Shown here piece by piece: positions 14,220 to 28,395 of a DNA stretch of 64,000 nucleotides. The position numbers and the translations under genes were made by a program. Origin of the DNA: Octopus vulgaris (lineage: Eukaryota); the NCBI GenBank assembly GCA_951406725.2, contig OX597827.1:57660001-57724000 (forward strand), given 5' to 3'. The number at the start of each line of letters is the position of its first letter. The first letter of the stretch is position 1. The notes beneath the pieces are model-generated. The model searched no databases. It was not told where the DNA came from and was given only the letters and a program-made list of their open reading frames with translations.

Positions 14220-17200
14220 ATTAACTGAAGAGTTCTGAATATCAACTAGCTTTCTTAAGTCTTTACTCATCTGTTTTGTCTTGCTGATGTCCTGCTAGAA
14301 ATAATCCTTAGCTACTTTCTTAGCACTAAATCAGTATAATGAATGAAGTTTCTTTAAAACCTTATATTACCGATGAATGAAACTTAAAGGGTATACTACC
14401 CAAATTTCTTGGCAATACAGTAAGGATAGCAAAACTCCAAGCAGCTGATAGAGTTGTTAGATGGTTGCTCAAAATAGCAGCCAGATCTCCAAATCACAAC
14501 TGACCATGTTAAATAAATGAAAGACACATAAGATAATGTAGTATAGATGAACCTCTAAAAAGACAGCAGAGATAGCCGCAACTAAAATGCCACTGATTGG
14601 AGGTTTGCTTAATCAGGGTTGACCTAGGATTACATTTTTTTATACCAACCTGCCTGAGACTGCTCCTGATTTATGAAACAATCTTCTTGTTTTAAAATAA
14701 TCTAAGAGACAAACCTACCAAAATTTTATGCTAATTTATGTTCCAGACACCAGTTTAAAAACAGCATTCTTATTTTACCAAATTCTTCATTTTCAAAATT
14801 AATTGAAACAAGGAGTATTTCAAAAGAGATATGGTTAAACAACTTGTTACTCGTTAAGTAACTGATATCAAGATGGACACAGCTCATAGCTACACAGAAA
14901 ATGCTTTCTTAATTCACGTGACACTCTGCTACTTTTCATACTGATGACAATTTGGCATCAATCCAAGGTATGCTTGCTAAATGCAACTGTATCTGTGGAT
15001 GGAGGCAGGTGATGAATGCAATGCACAAGCAAATGTGGGCCAGGTATTTCATTATCAAACAAGTTCAGCATCACACCTCAAGAGAATCATGAAGACAAAA
15101 GCATCATTACCATCAAGAGCACAAGCAAATATTTACTAAAGTCACTAAAGATATTTAAGTGCTGTTGGTAATCAAGTACAGTGAATCAAATCTTGTGGAA
15201 GATGCTTATCAAGTCTCTTGTGCTGAAGTCTTCACTCATTTACATATTAATCAGAACAAAAAAAAAAATGTATATTTCCTTGCTAAAAGTATGGATGTCA
15301 TTTTGTAAACCAATACTAGATATCAAGAAATAAAACTGACAAAGATCTCTGTCTGTCTCTCATCAGATTCTTCTTAAAGAAGAAGACTCAAGCAATCAAT
15401 CTGAAAGCTTTCTCATTGAAACAATCTTCTTTTTTTTTTTTTTGTTCATTCACCTCAAACTTTTCTCCATGCATCTTAAATATATCTTTAACATACAAGA
15501 ATCAAAACAAAACAAAAAAAGAAATTAAAATAAAATCAGTATCTAGAATTTCTCAAGAAAAGCTGATACCTTCAATGGTTAAAAACAAATTCTAAGCAAA
15601 TAAATTGCAGTCTTGGATTTTTTTTTTATTCTTTATTTTCATTAAATTTCAGATTAAGTGATTCACTATTTTTACAGAAGCTGCTGAGTGATACATACCT
15701 CTCTATATCTAAACACACTTCCTAAACTATATCAGAAACTAAGATACAAAAATTGTTTTGACAATAATTACTTACTTTTAAAAAGGTTACATAAAAAAAA
15801 GTAGGTTTTTGAGCAGCTTCATCCTAAATTTGTCTTAAAACACTAATCTTTTCTGAATTATAGAAATGAGTATTTTTTCCATTTTCTGTAGCATTTACCC
15901 TTTTGTTACCACATTTTTGTTGAAATACATTGGCTTTGTTTCAAATAATTTTGAAAGCCATGAAGAATTTATCATTAGTCATTATTAAGCTGGTGTCACG
16001 AATATATTTTAATTTCATCAGAATATCCTGTTTTTAAATCAGGACACTTTAAAACAGGAAATTTATATTATAGAATGTGGGGTGGTTCTTCGTAGGATGA
16101 TATCAATAGGGGTAAGCAGAAGAGAACAGAGGCAATGAGAGAGCTCTTATATGGTTGCTAGTTACACACTATCATATTGCTTTTTTTTTTTTAAATGAGA
16201 TACTGGTTAATTTAGCCCAGAGTAGGAAATAGTTTGAATATGACAAAGACTCAGCAGCTTTTTTGAACACAAAACCTTTACAGTTTTATGTCTATGTCAA
16301 CTAGATAGAGAATATCATGTAAGAGGAAATACTTAAAAAATAACAGAGTGGTTAAAGAGGAGATGATTGTGTGCGTGAGTGTGTGTGAAAAATAAAAACA
16401 TTGTTGATGTTCAGGAAATTGTTTGAGAAAGCAAAATTCCTTTAAGTGTTGTTTCAGGAATTAACGTGCTATTGACATGGTTAAACAAATCAGGATGTGG
16501 CTAGAACAGAGTTTATACAAAAACTGGGAAAATGTCCTAGCACTCAGTGGCAAAGGAAAAAAAAAGTACATAGCAGGATATGCTACAATGAACCAATCTC
16601 AAAAGAAGGCACGTAATAAAAAATCCAAATTGCTGAAGGATATCTTTGTAATTCCAGACAGAAACAAAACTAATTCTCAGAAAACTATCTCAGTTATATC
16701 TTCAAGAGACAGTAAAATAATTTTATTAAACCTCTTTGCCTAGCATTCAAATAATAAGAAATACTTGGAAGACACTAAAAGTTAGTAGTTTTTACTAAAT
16801 AGGTGATCTAATCAGCAATTGAGGTGAATGTATGAAAAGCAGTGGAGAGAGTAAGAAAGAGGGAGAGGTCATAGGACTATTTACCTCTGTTGTCTTTCTC
16901 AAACTGAAGGGCAGGTTGTATGATGCTTGTGTGCAAAGCACAATACTGCATAGTATTGAGAATTAGACTTGACAGTGGAAGATTTGTAATGAAAGAAGAA
17001 ATGAAACAAGCATGTTCTGTTGGATATGTAATGTTGGTTTGCATGATCAATGAAGCACAAAAAGGCCAATAAAAAAACAAAACCTTGATATGAGGACTCA
17101 GATGTAGTGCACAAGAAAGAAGATTACACTGGTATGGACAGGTGATCTATATGGAGTGTCAATCATGAAAAGAAATTCTGAATGCTTAAGGCAGATGAAA

Positions 17201-17581
17201 CCTGTAGAAGAGAAAGACCTATGAAGATATACAACAAAGAGGTGATGAACCTTGTGAAAGAAATAAGGAACTAGAAACACGATGATTGGTGACAAATGGT
17301 GCTGGAGAATGCTGCCCACAGGTGCAAGTATGACAAAATAGTCATCAAAATAAGAGGAGCAATAGCTGTAGGATATAAGGTCTCTCACCCAGAATATTCT
17401 GTGAAGTCTCCTCCTACTGTAAAGCATATTTCTTAACCACACAGCCATGATCACAACCCAACAGAATGTTTGCTCATTTTGTAAGAAGAGCAAGTTTTTT
17501 TTTAACTGTAAATCTGATGTCCAAGCAATAAACACCACAACCCTCAAATACTGTTCAAGAAAACAGTATTTACTCTTTTAA

Positions 17582-18185
17582 CCCTTTAGTACTCAGATGA
17601 CTGTTAAATGTACACTGCAGCTATAGAAACTATACCACAACAAACAACAGGAGTCTGGATAGACTTCCAAGCTGACCAGTTCGATGCCAAACCATCCAAC
17701 CCATACCAGCATGGAAAATGGATGTTAAATGATAATGATGATTGTTTTGAATTAATCCTCTTTTATCTCAAAGCTTTGAGATTTCAATGATGTGATTGTA
17801 TATTTTTAAAATGGCACATAAAAAGCACCATCCGAATGTGGCCGATACCAGCGCCGCCTTGACAGGCTTCCATGCTGGTGGCACGTAAAGGCACTAACCG
17901 ATCGCAACCGTTGCCAGCCTCCCCCGGCACCTGTGCTGGTGGCATGTAAAAAGCGCACACTACACTCACAGAGTGGATGGTGTTAGGAAGGGCATCCAGC
18001 TGTAGAAACACTGCCTCCTGGCTTCCCAGACCCTGGTCAAACCGTCCAACCCATGCTAGCATGGAAAACAGACGTTAAATGATGATGATGATTGTAGAGT
18101 AGGTGTGAGAGGCCAGACCTGGGCAGTTTGAAAATAAAACAGGTAGAATATTTGGACCGGATATGACCAGTTTAAATGCTAAAGG
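17582..18185. mobile_element. piggyBac-type MITE, family A, with two nested RTE 3' fragments
   Basis: TTAA|CCCTTTAG...CTAAAGGG|TTAA; RTE tails inserted at about 17617-17740 and 17814-18090. Confidence 0.85.
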
Positions 18186-19514
18186 GTTAAACTCTAATGA
18201 AACTACAAAATACATAATCACAAACCCTTCAATGCTCTGCTCATAAATATGGATCTTACTGACAGCACAACAGCATTACTTCAATATGTTATGAAGCTAC
18301 ACCACATCATCATGTTGATAGGGTTACAATACAACACAAACCCTATTAACCTTAGTGCAGCACCAGAAAGTTAATAAACTGAATGAAATTGATATTCCAT
18401 AGCTTCATTTGAAAAAAAAAATTTGGCTATTGCACATTGTCACTTATACAGTGGAAAAGCAATGACCATATTTATATTCACATTAATTTGCAAGCATTCC
18501 AAACCAACAGGGAAACAAAGAAAAATAATGTTTTGCAGTTCTATTTATTTGTATGTTCATTAGTTTTCAGATCTAACAGGAAAAAAACCCCCAGCTTAAG
18601 AACACCTAACAAGAATGGCATCACATAACAGAGAAAATAGAAAGTTGAAACCAAGCTATACATCACATCAAGAGTAGTATGTCAGGTCCATTAAGGACTA
18701 ATTGGGTTAAAAAGATATATACATGCCAAGATTGAAAAGGCTTAAATGTGAATAAGACTAAATAAGCAAAATGCTTGCCTGGAGCTATGCTAGCTATGTA
18801 ATTAACTAAGGTAATACACAGTTAACAAAAGAGGAGGGTGAAATTAGAATCGTATTGCTGCATCCCATTTCAAACACGTTAGCAACAATGTTGTCGAAAA
18901 GGATGCAATGGAATAAGTAAAAGAGCACTTCAAAGGACTGCATTACAACACCGTGTGTGTGTGTGTGTGTGTGTATACATTTACACACAGAGGTGTGTAT
19001 GTTTGAGAGAGAATGAGAGTAAAATGTAGTCATTTCTTTCTCGTCCACACATTTAAATTTGATGGGATTCAGAGTTTCTTTTATAAACAAACCTCGATTA
19101 TTCAATCAACCAGTGCAGTATATATCGTTGGAAAACAACTGCAGCATGGCAGAGCACCACATAATGCCATAAAGCCCTTCAAATATAATGAAATACAAGC
19201 ATGCTAAAAATTCTAAGGTAGACTGCACATCAGGTGAACTTGCTGAACTATATTTATCAAATCCACTTGCTGCAAACTGACTCATCAACAAAGCAAATTG
19301 TGTGCTTAACCTCTGGTCAACTTTGATCAAACAGACCTATGATCAAAAGCATTCCAAATATGACCATCTAGTCATATTTTTTTTTTCTAAGCACAGTGCA
19401 TCTTAGACCACATTATTCAACACATTTTGTTAAGATGACAGAATGTAGTTTAAGAGAAGAATCTGGCCATTATTTCTAGCATGACTGCCAAGAGCATAGT
19501 AAGGAAACTATAGG

Positions 19515-19728
19515 CAAAATTTTGACCACAAGGTCAGAAGAGTACTGGAGGAGTATTTTTCGTCATGGACAAGTGAATTTTAGAAGACGGGATTTCTAGA
19601 CAGATAGAAGAGCATTGCAGAAAATGAAGGAGAGTATATTTTAGATTAAAAAAGAACTTTATTTATCTTAATTTTGAAAAATAAAAGTATACAAAAAAAA
19701 CCCACATTATTTATGGAATGACCCAATA
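19515..19728 (+). mobile_element. Mariner 3' remnant
   Basis: Degraded VLEEYFSSWTSEF...KSIAENEGEYILD* followed by the TIR-like end CCCACATTATTTATGGAATGACCCAATA. Confidence 0.7.
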
Positions 19729-19940
19729 CATAAACATGCTAAAGATGAGGTTAACAGTCAGGAAAATCATCTGAATAGCTTATCTAAGGACAATGAGCCA
19801 CTATGATGGTGATAAATTGCATGTTTTTAATCACAAGCATATTCAAAACTGACTTGAAACTAAGCAACACCACCAAGAACTGTAAGACAACATAACCCTT
19901 ATCTATCTATCTATCTATCTATCTACACACACACACATAC

Positions 19941-20135
19941 ATTCTTTTATTTGTTTCAGTAATTTGACTGTGACCATACTGGAGCACCACCATAAAGGGT
20001 TTTTAGTTGAAGAAATCGATCCCAAGACATTCTTTGTATAACTGCTAAGTTATAGGGACATAAACACACCAGCATCAGTTGTCAAGCAATGGCAGACACA
20101 CAAATACATACCTTTTATATATGTGCATGTGTATG

Positions 20136-20174
<39 letters not shown>

Positions 20175-20337
20175 ATGTGTACGACAGGCTTCTTTCAGTT
20201 CCTGTCTATCAAAGCCACTCACAAGGCTTTGGTTGGCCTGAGGCTATAAAAGACACTTGGCGAAGGTGCCACACAGTGGGACTGAACCCAGAACCATGTA
20301 GTTGGGAAGCAAACTTCTTACCATACAGCAACACCTG
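19941..20337 (-). mobile_element. OR-type CORE-like SINE
   Basis: Same head, core and tail. Partial or diverged copies also near 9445-9770, 10272-10562, 21945-22420, 25525-25675, 41140-41475, 42210-42545, 46150-46532 and 48208-48570. Confidence 0.8.
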
Positions 20338-22104
20338 TTTATATCTATATACAAACACACACACATTTAGCAGTCTACATAATCTCATTATCAACATTTT
20401 TAATGTTGTGTTATTTATAGTTGTTTCTTTCATTTTATCAGCATGAAATGTTTTGGGAACATGTGACAGATCAAGTTTAGAGTAATCTAACCCAACAATC
20501 ATATGACTACACTATGTAAAAAGATTAGACTGGACTGTAAATGAGAGAAAATTATAGTCAATGCTATAGGTCCAAATCTAGCCAAAGTTAGCTTTCATCT
20601 TTCTAACACCCAAGGACTAACCCTTCCAGCTCCAGACATTCATTTAATACAATAAAATCATTACTACACACAGGGAGGACAGGTTTCAAATCTCGATAAT
20701 ATTCTATTGTCATTTATTTTCTCCATTTAGGTACTGAATATGCTCAGCGAACACAGCTAAGAACCATATTGCTAAGAACAATGATACATGGTCTCAATAA
20801 TACAATATTAAAACAGGCTTGAGCCAAAAAAATACTCGGGCGAAAATTGAAAGCTAAGGAAAGTTTCTATTGATGTAAGACATTTCAGAGAAGTTGATAT
20901 TATTCCTAATTCAATCCAGTGTCGTAATTATCTTTCTCTCATTTTTTAAAACTAGGAAGTGTATCTATGATTACATTATCATCCCTTGTGACCTGCTTTA
21001 AGATTTGTGAGTGATGTAACTGTTATATATAGCAGGTCAGGCAACCAACCATTATAAAGATTTCATCATTAGCTGAATAGGGAATATCATTGTTATTGTT
21101 TAATTGACACACAATGCCAAGTGAATGACACTAATGAACAACTAGTGACAACAAAATATCCTTGACAAAGATAAGACTGCAAAAAAAAAAAAAGGAAAGA
21201 AAGAAAATTTCTACACCTTTATTAACCCTTAGGGTGTTGGGATCAAGATCATAAGGTTGTAGATTTGCTTCATGGATCAGGTAGTACATTGTGTCCCCTG
21301 CTGAAAATGAGCACCAGATGAGCTATGGTATAGCCCTCTTGCACATCAGCTGTTATAACAAAGTTCAGCTGGGTCAAAGTAGGGGAACCTAAAGAGCATA
21401 TGTACATATGTCTGTACAATTACATTAGTACCTAAAGCATGGTACCAGATAATATTCACTTTTCAGTGAGGACTACATTTATTTTGTTTAATTAATCCAA
21501 AACTACAAGAATAAAACACTAATACATATACTCTTTCAATTTCAATCAGAAGTGACTATCAATACTAATATTAATATCTCATATCCATATTTGTCTCACT
21601 GTGAAATTAGCTTCAGCAGCTTGAACAAGAATTATGACTGACACAGCTGAATTATGTAATGATATATTGGCTGATAACCTGATAATTATTTGAGTACAAA
21701 TGAATTAAGTCCATATATTTGTTTATTCATAACCCAAGTTGTATTGGTACACTTGGTACTAACAGTAAATTCCAAGCAAAACATTAACACTCCAAGACTA
21801 TCAAGTTTAATTTAGTCTCTCATCATAATGTAGAGAGCTGAAAATATCAATAATTAATGTGGATAAAAGATTACAATTGATGTTGAATAAAAGAGCTATA
21901 TTTGTAAACTTTTGAATAGAATCTCAAGAAATACATTTAGGCTCAGGCACAACTGTGTGATTAAAAAGTTTGCTTCCCAAGTATGTGCCCTTGGGTGCAG
22001 CCCATTCTGCAGCATCATAGGAAAGTGTCTTCTATAGCTCCAAGTCAACCAAAGCTTTGCAAGTGGATTTGGTATGCAGAAACAAAGAAACTCATGTGTG
22101 TATA

Positions 22105-22329
22105 CGGTAAAACCTTAATTTTCGAACAACTCTCATCATGAATAAATCGTAATTTATCTCTTATTTTTCTCATATCCATTTAATACAGTAAGTAGTACTT
22201 TGGTTTACAAAGGCCTCCACTCACAAATAAATTGTGCTTTATATATATATATCTACATCTATCTATCCATATATATGTAAAGCATGATTTATTCATGATC
22301 AGAGTTGTTTGAAAACCAAGGTACTACAG
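22105..22329. mobile_element. Tc1/pogo-type MITE inserted in a SINE
   Basis: Imperfect TIRs of about 45 bp (CGGTAAAACCTTAATTTTCGAACAACTCTCATCATGAATAAATC and its complement), TA on both sides. Confidence 0.75.
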
Positions 22330-25300
22330 TATATGTGCGTGTCATAGTATTTGTCTCCCAATAACCACTTGACAACTGGTGTTGGTTTGTTTACAACCCT
22401 ATACCAGTTTAGTAAAAGAGACTACTTCTCAACTTTGTTGCTTAACTTGAAAGAAATAAAACCTCCTCTAAATCACACCCAATCTTTACAATAAAAAAAA
22501 AAAGGATACATTCTATAATGCAAACCTTCTTTCCTGCTTGGGAAAAAGAGACAATCACAAACATATTACTTTTAACTATAAGGTTGAGAGTGGGGCTAAA
22601 CAACAGTTAAGCACATCCCAGTTGAAGATCACCACACAATTTTTGTTTCCAGTTGCAGTAAATTTTATTTGCTACTCACTGAAGCTCACTATAGCAATTT
22701 CTATGAGCAATTTTCCTTTTCTCCTCCTCTCAACACAGACATCTAAACAATTTATGTTTATCTTCAGTGATGTCATCCAGTCACTGAAGGTAAGCATACC
22801 AGCTACTTCAACATATTCACAAACTTTATAATTAGTAACAGAAAAGATACATTGACACAAATATGATGATTCTTTTGGTATACAAAATTCTACCACACAG
22901 ATGTGATAGCATTTCGTAAAAGTAGCAGCCAAATTTCCTTTATAGAATACTACTTTAAAAAATATAAAAAAGAAGATATTGGATGTGATGCAAGACACAC
23001 TAAAAGACAAGAGAAAAACAAAATGACTGGTTGGTCACAACCTATAAACTTTTAATCAGAGATCTACTCAATCAAGATTGCGGAGAACAACCACCACAAT
23101 TGATGGCAAAAGTTACAAATGAGAAAGTCATCTAAACACAAGCAAATATTAAGAATAAATTTAAATGCTAAGTTTTCAAACAAGCTTTTTTTCATACTTA
23201 ATATCAAACAATTGTATTTACCTACAAACTTGACAATTTATGCCCCAAGTTTTTATACTGTAGGCAACTTCCTCAGCTGTCAGTCTAAAATATTGGCAAA
23301 AGAATTTTCAACAGACATGAAAGGTAATGGATTCAGAGAAGCAACTGACAAGCTTGATGACAATGAATTCCTAACAAAACAAGTCATTGGTTTCAGCCCA
23401 GCTGCTGCCGATCTCATATTTGAGCTTGACAGCCTCAATGCCTGTTTACCATCCTATTAACTTATAACAACAACCTCTCAGAAAATGCTTGCTCTCAAAG
23501 AAATCTCCATTTACATTTTGGCTTTTTATTTTTTTTTTTTTAAGCTGTCATTGATGGAAATGAGTCAGTTAAATTACATCTTGTTTGTGTTCAACTCAAA
23601 TTCCTTTATTTCCAAATCTCTTACACTGACCGTATTATCTTCCTTCAGACAGTTTCTACTCAGGTTAAATATAGTCATTTATTGGTAAAGAGATGTGAAG
23701 AAATAAGATGGTAACAGTTTATAAGAGAAAAATTGACTATTAGAGATAGATGTTAAGTATCTTATCTGCAATATAAGTTATAATTTTCCTTCCATATAGT
23801 TAGTAATTCCAACTTCAATACTTTGAATACATCTTTTGTCTTAAAAGACGAAAAAAAAAAATTATATTTCATTAGATCTCAGAAGTTCTGTATTTGCCAC
23901 AGGGGCTGTGAATGGGAACATTACGAAAACAGGTAAAGCTGAAAAGATAAATAGGAAGAGTAAAAAACATATAATGTATATATCCCAAAAGCAGGGCAGT
24001 CACTTGGAACAAAATAGGGTACCCCATAATCCCTAAAGACCCCAGCAATAACATTTGTTCCCACAAGGCCACAAGGAAATTACAAACAAAAATTCAGACA
24101 AGCTTTCAAGCCAAACTTGATTTGCTGCTCTTCCCTTTCAGCAAATTATTATTAGAATGTAGCACTTTCTTCCACACTTGTTCTTTTCAAGCAGTTGAAA
24201 ACAAAGTACTTGAAAACGTTGATGGGAGCTTGGCTCAAAATAGCCAAATCCATAGTCCTTACAATCTTGTCCGTCACATTGACTATCGTCATATGTATCA
24301 GACAGAGGAAAACTGCTCAGCCTTTCTTAACAAATGAACGCATTGAACTTAGCTGACGGCTGGAGGGATCTCCTAGAACAGCAGAACCTATCCCTTGCTC
24401 AAGAAATGATGAGAGCATGTACTTCAGTCTGATCAGATGTTTGCTGAGACAAGGCCCTACAGTTAGGTGGTGGTACATCATAATAATTCTACTCAACTAT
24501 GCAGTGAAAGCTTGCAGTAAGAATAAGATTGAAATAATAATAAAAATTGTATTTATCACTATGATTATATTATTACTAAACATTCTATTTGCCAAATATT
24601 ATCTATGAAAAGAAGAGTCAAGAGCGATAGTTCCTTTAGAAAATATTGATAAACTACTTAGCATTTATAAAACTACTGCAGCTATCTGTTAATAAAAGAA
24701 CAAGAATTCGAAAAAAGATTAGTAAATCTGCACCTAAACAAGCATTTGAAAACCAAAACAAACTGTTAAAGCCACACAAACATCAAGTTTTAATAGCAAG
24801 CTCATTAAAAGAAAATCCTCAAAGAATTGTTAATAATGCTAAGCTAAGAGGCAAGAACAATATGAAATGACTGGAATAGAATTTGGGTTTAATGGGTTGG
24901 ACAGGTTCGTTTGATCAACAAAGAAGAAACAACATTTGCATAACATACAGTTCACTTAGGACAGTTGAACTGCTGACAAAGAAATTAAAGAAAATTAGCG
25001 TAATAATTATATGTTTCTGAGGTTGTGTATGTTTGCTTTTCAAATCACTCAACAACCTCCATTCAAGAAACAGAATAATAATAATAATAATAATATAAAA
25101 TGATGATGATAATATAAAACAATGATAATGATAATATAAAATGATAATAATATAATATAAAATAAATCTGCTAGTTCCTTAACATAAATCATAGTAGAAA
25201 TCAAAAGAAGCAGTTTTAACTTGAAAAACAGCATGACAATTAGCAGTTAAACGACAAAAATCCATTGAACCTAAACACAAAAAAAAATACTGCTAATGAT

Positions 25301-25671
25301 AAACAATAATGGATGGGAATGTATGTCAGAGGGAGTTGCATAAGCCAAGTGTTTATATAGTTTTACATGTAAAATCAAAAGGCTCAATATATGTGAAAGA
25401 CTATAGTCTTTTATATACATATATTGTTTATGCATGCATGTAATTTAATCAATAATACTGGAAGCTAAATATGTTCCTAGCCAACAGTATCCTCACTACA
25501 TCTAGTTAATGGTCTAGTTATATAGTTGTGTGGTAAAAAGCTTGCTTCCTATACACATGGTTCCAGGTTCAGCCCCACTGCATGACACCTTGAGCAAGTG
25601 TCTTCTACCATAGCCTCGGGTCAACCAAAGCTTTGTGAGTGGATTTGATATATGGAAACAGAAAGAAGCCC

Positions 25672-25721
<50 letters not shown>

Positions 25722-27854
25722 AGTTAGCACTGAGGTTTTAAAAATTCCAAGATTTTAATATAAACTAGTAGAACCAACACATGACCACAGACCAATGACA
25801 GAAACCAGTATAAAAATAAGTTCTACTTGTTTTTCTTTTTCATATATATAAATGAAGCATGACAAAAAACAACAAAAGAGAAACGGAATAACTATAAACA
25901 AGGTCAGAGATTCCAAATGATATTGTTTATAAACTTCTTAATTCCTGTAATTTACCACTCCTTTCAACACCTGACATAAATTTTCTCCCTCACATCACCA
26001 AGCACAGAACCACAATAAAATTATCACATAATTCAAATACAAACCCTACCTCTAAACTATATATATGTTCATTTGACACTCCAGGACAAAAAAAAAATTA
26101 AATCTTCCTCAAATACCCAAGTGTCTTAACAACAACAACAACAAAAAAGGGGGAAGAACAGAAATACTGAAGTCTAAAATGCAACAAGCCTACAAAAGAA
26201 ATAGATGAGTGTGTCATGATAGGAATATCTTTGCTCATAGATCTGCTCAGCCAGGCTCAATTAAGGTCAAATGACAATATATCTGATTTAGGCACAAAAC
26301 CTCAAATATGGAGGAAACGTACATAGTTAATTATAGTAACCCCACTTCTTGGCTGGCACTTTATTTTATTGGCCCAAGAAGATAAAATGCGAAGTTGACT
26401 TCAGCAGGATTTGAATTCACATCAAAATGAGGAACAAATAGGTTTTTAAACTTCCTAGTCTAAGGTAACATTTTTGTTCATCTCATAAAAAAAATTGTGT
26501 CTTCCTCACCATCCTCCAGGACAATGCCTTTTCCTTTTCATCTGCTGAGACCACGAGGCAGTCTGACTTACAGGAAATTGTACAATCCATTCTTTAAATA
26601 CTTAGATCCACGCAATAATTTATTACATAGCAAATTAATATTGAAATAAATTTTTACAGAATGTGAAAATTTATTTCATATTATACATACTATATTTTTA
26701 CTTCGCCATATTTATAAGTAAAAACTGGTAAAATAACATCTCACTAAGGAAGAAAAAGGAATTAGGAAATTATTTAGTTTAGATCAGACTGGAGCCTGGT
26801 GCAGCCTCCAGACTTCCCAGACCCTAGTCGAACCGTCCAACCCATGCTAGCATGGAAAACGGACGTTAAACGATGATGATGATATAGTGTCATTGTTTAG
26901 CCCACACTAAGGCAACCCTAATGAAACTGATCCTATGATCAAAGCATCCCAAATATGATCATCTCCTGTTGGCTTCTTATGATTTCCATTAAACATTATT
27001 ATAGAGAGAATAGTAAAGAAGCAGATATTCTCATTAGAGCAAATAAAAGTTTTCTTTGGAACTGAAATCAATTTCCAAACATTTTCCTATTTTTAATATT
27101 GAAATAGTTTTTCAGTTTATATTATTCCATATCATATCTAAATGATTTCTGTTGAAATCCAGTATCTAAACTAAAAGAGTATATCATCAACTAACAACAA
27201 TTTATATCTATCATTTCTTTGTTATTATAAAGAACATTCAAGTTTAGAGTTCTAAAAGAGAATTAACTTTTATTCGTGTCTCCCCAGACATCTTAAACAC
27301 TTTTCTAGCTATGCAAGTCTTATATTAGCCTAAAGTTGCTCCTGTTACCATCAATCACAAGTTATAAAATGGAAGTTAAAAAATAAAATAAAAATGAGAA
27401 TAGTTGACAGAAGCACCAAAGCAAATATTTCACAAAGGTGGTGGGAGAAAGTAACAAAGTTTTAAATAGTACAGGGCTGGGATAGACATTCTTTAAAATT
27501 TGACAGAATAACTGTGGAAATGCTACAGACAAGATAGAATTTGCTTTATAGGTTGTATCACAAGGGTATAAGATAACTATTTCAGTTAAGTGTTTTGTTC
27601 TTATTATTCTCATGGCATGCTTTTGCTGCACTACCAATAACAGTTTTGGCTTTATATTTTCTATTGTACTGAAAACATTCTACACATGCAGTGCCTAATA
27701 GTGCTTATGTCTGCATATTGTGTGCAGGACCTAATTTATCATGTATTTGCATGTCTTTTAACTCTTCTCAAGGCATCTATTGTTATAAGGATTCTCTTTT
27801 CCACTATCACATTCAGGTTTATCTTTATTTTCTGATCTTTTATTTGGATAATTT

Positions 27855-28395
27855 CGCAGGAGCGGCAGTGTGATAAGAAGCTTGTTTCCCAACCACGTGG
27901 TTCCAGGTTCAGTCCTTCTGCATGGCATCTTGGGCAAGTGTCTTCTACTATAGCCTTAGGCTGACCAAAGCCTTGTGAATGGATATGGTAGATGGAAACT
28001 GAAAGAAGCCCATCGTATATATATGTCTGTGTGTGTGTCTGTCCCCCTATCTGTTTCTTTGCTACCCACAAGGGGCTACACACAGAGGGAACAAACAAAC
28101 GGATTAACTCGATTACATCGACCCCAGTGCGTAACTGGTACTTAATTTATCGACCCTGAAAGGATGAAAGGCAAAGTTGACCTCGGCGGAATTTGAACTC
28201 AGAACGTAACAGCAGACGAAATACGGCTACGCATTTCGCCCGGCGTGCTAACGTTTCTGCCAGCTCGCCGCCTTGAATAGGTCTGTCCCCCTATCACCAC
28301 ATGACAACCAGTGTTGGTGTTTACATCCCTGTAACTTAGTGGTTTGGCAAGAGAGACTAATAGAATAAGTACCAGGATTAAAAAAATAAGTACTA
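27855..28395 (+). mobile_element. OR-type SINE interrupted by a second SINE
   Basis: Head GCAGGAGCGGCAGTGTGATAAG...GGTTCAGTCC and core TTGGGCAAGTGTCTTCTACTATAGCC; interrupted at 28052-28280. Confidence 0.8.
28052..28280 (-). mobile_element. Second tRNA-derived SINE family (Meta/Sauria-like central domain) nested in an OR-type SINE
   Basis: Minus strand AAGGCGGCGAGCTGGCAGAAACG...GAGTTCAAATTCC...GCCTTTCATCCTTTCAGGGTCGATAAA. 15-bp TSD GTCTGTCCCCCTATC at 28037-28051 and 28281-28295. Confidence 0.9.

Noticed and set aside
16470-17400. Purine-rich stretch that could be an old LINE
   Set aside because: No recognisable RT or endonuclease motifs in the available translations.
22672-23010. ORF with SSYLCQCIFS, resembling the hAT dimerisation motif
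   Set aside because: A single short motif without other transposase features; too weak to call without an HMM search.
24122-24480. Unique GC-richer segment as possible ZFYVE28 exon 2 or C/D snoRNA
   Set aside because: Minus-strand translation does not resemble ZFYVE28, and the ATGATGA...CTGA spacing is too short for a snoRNA.
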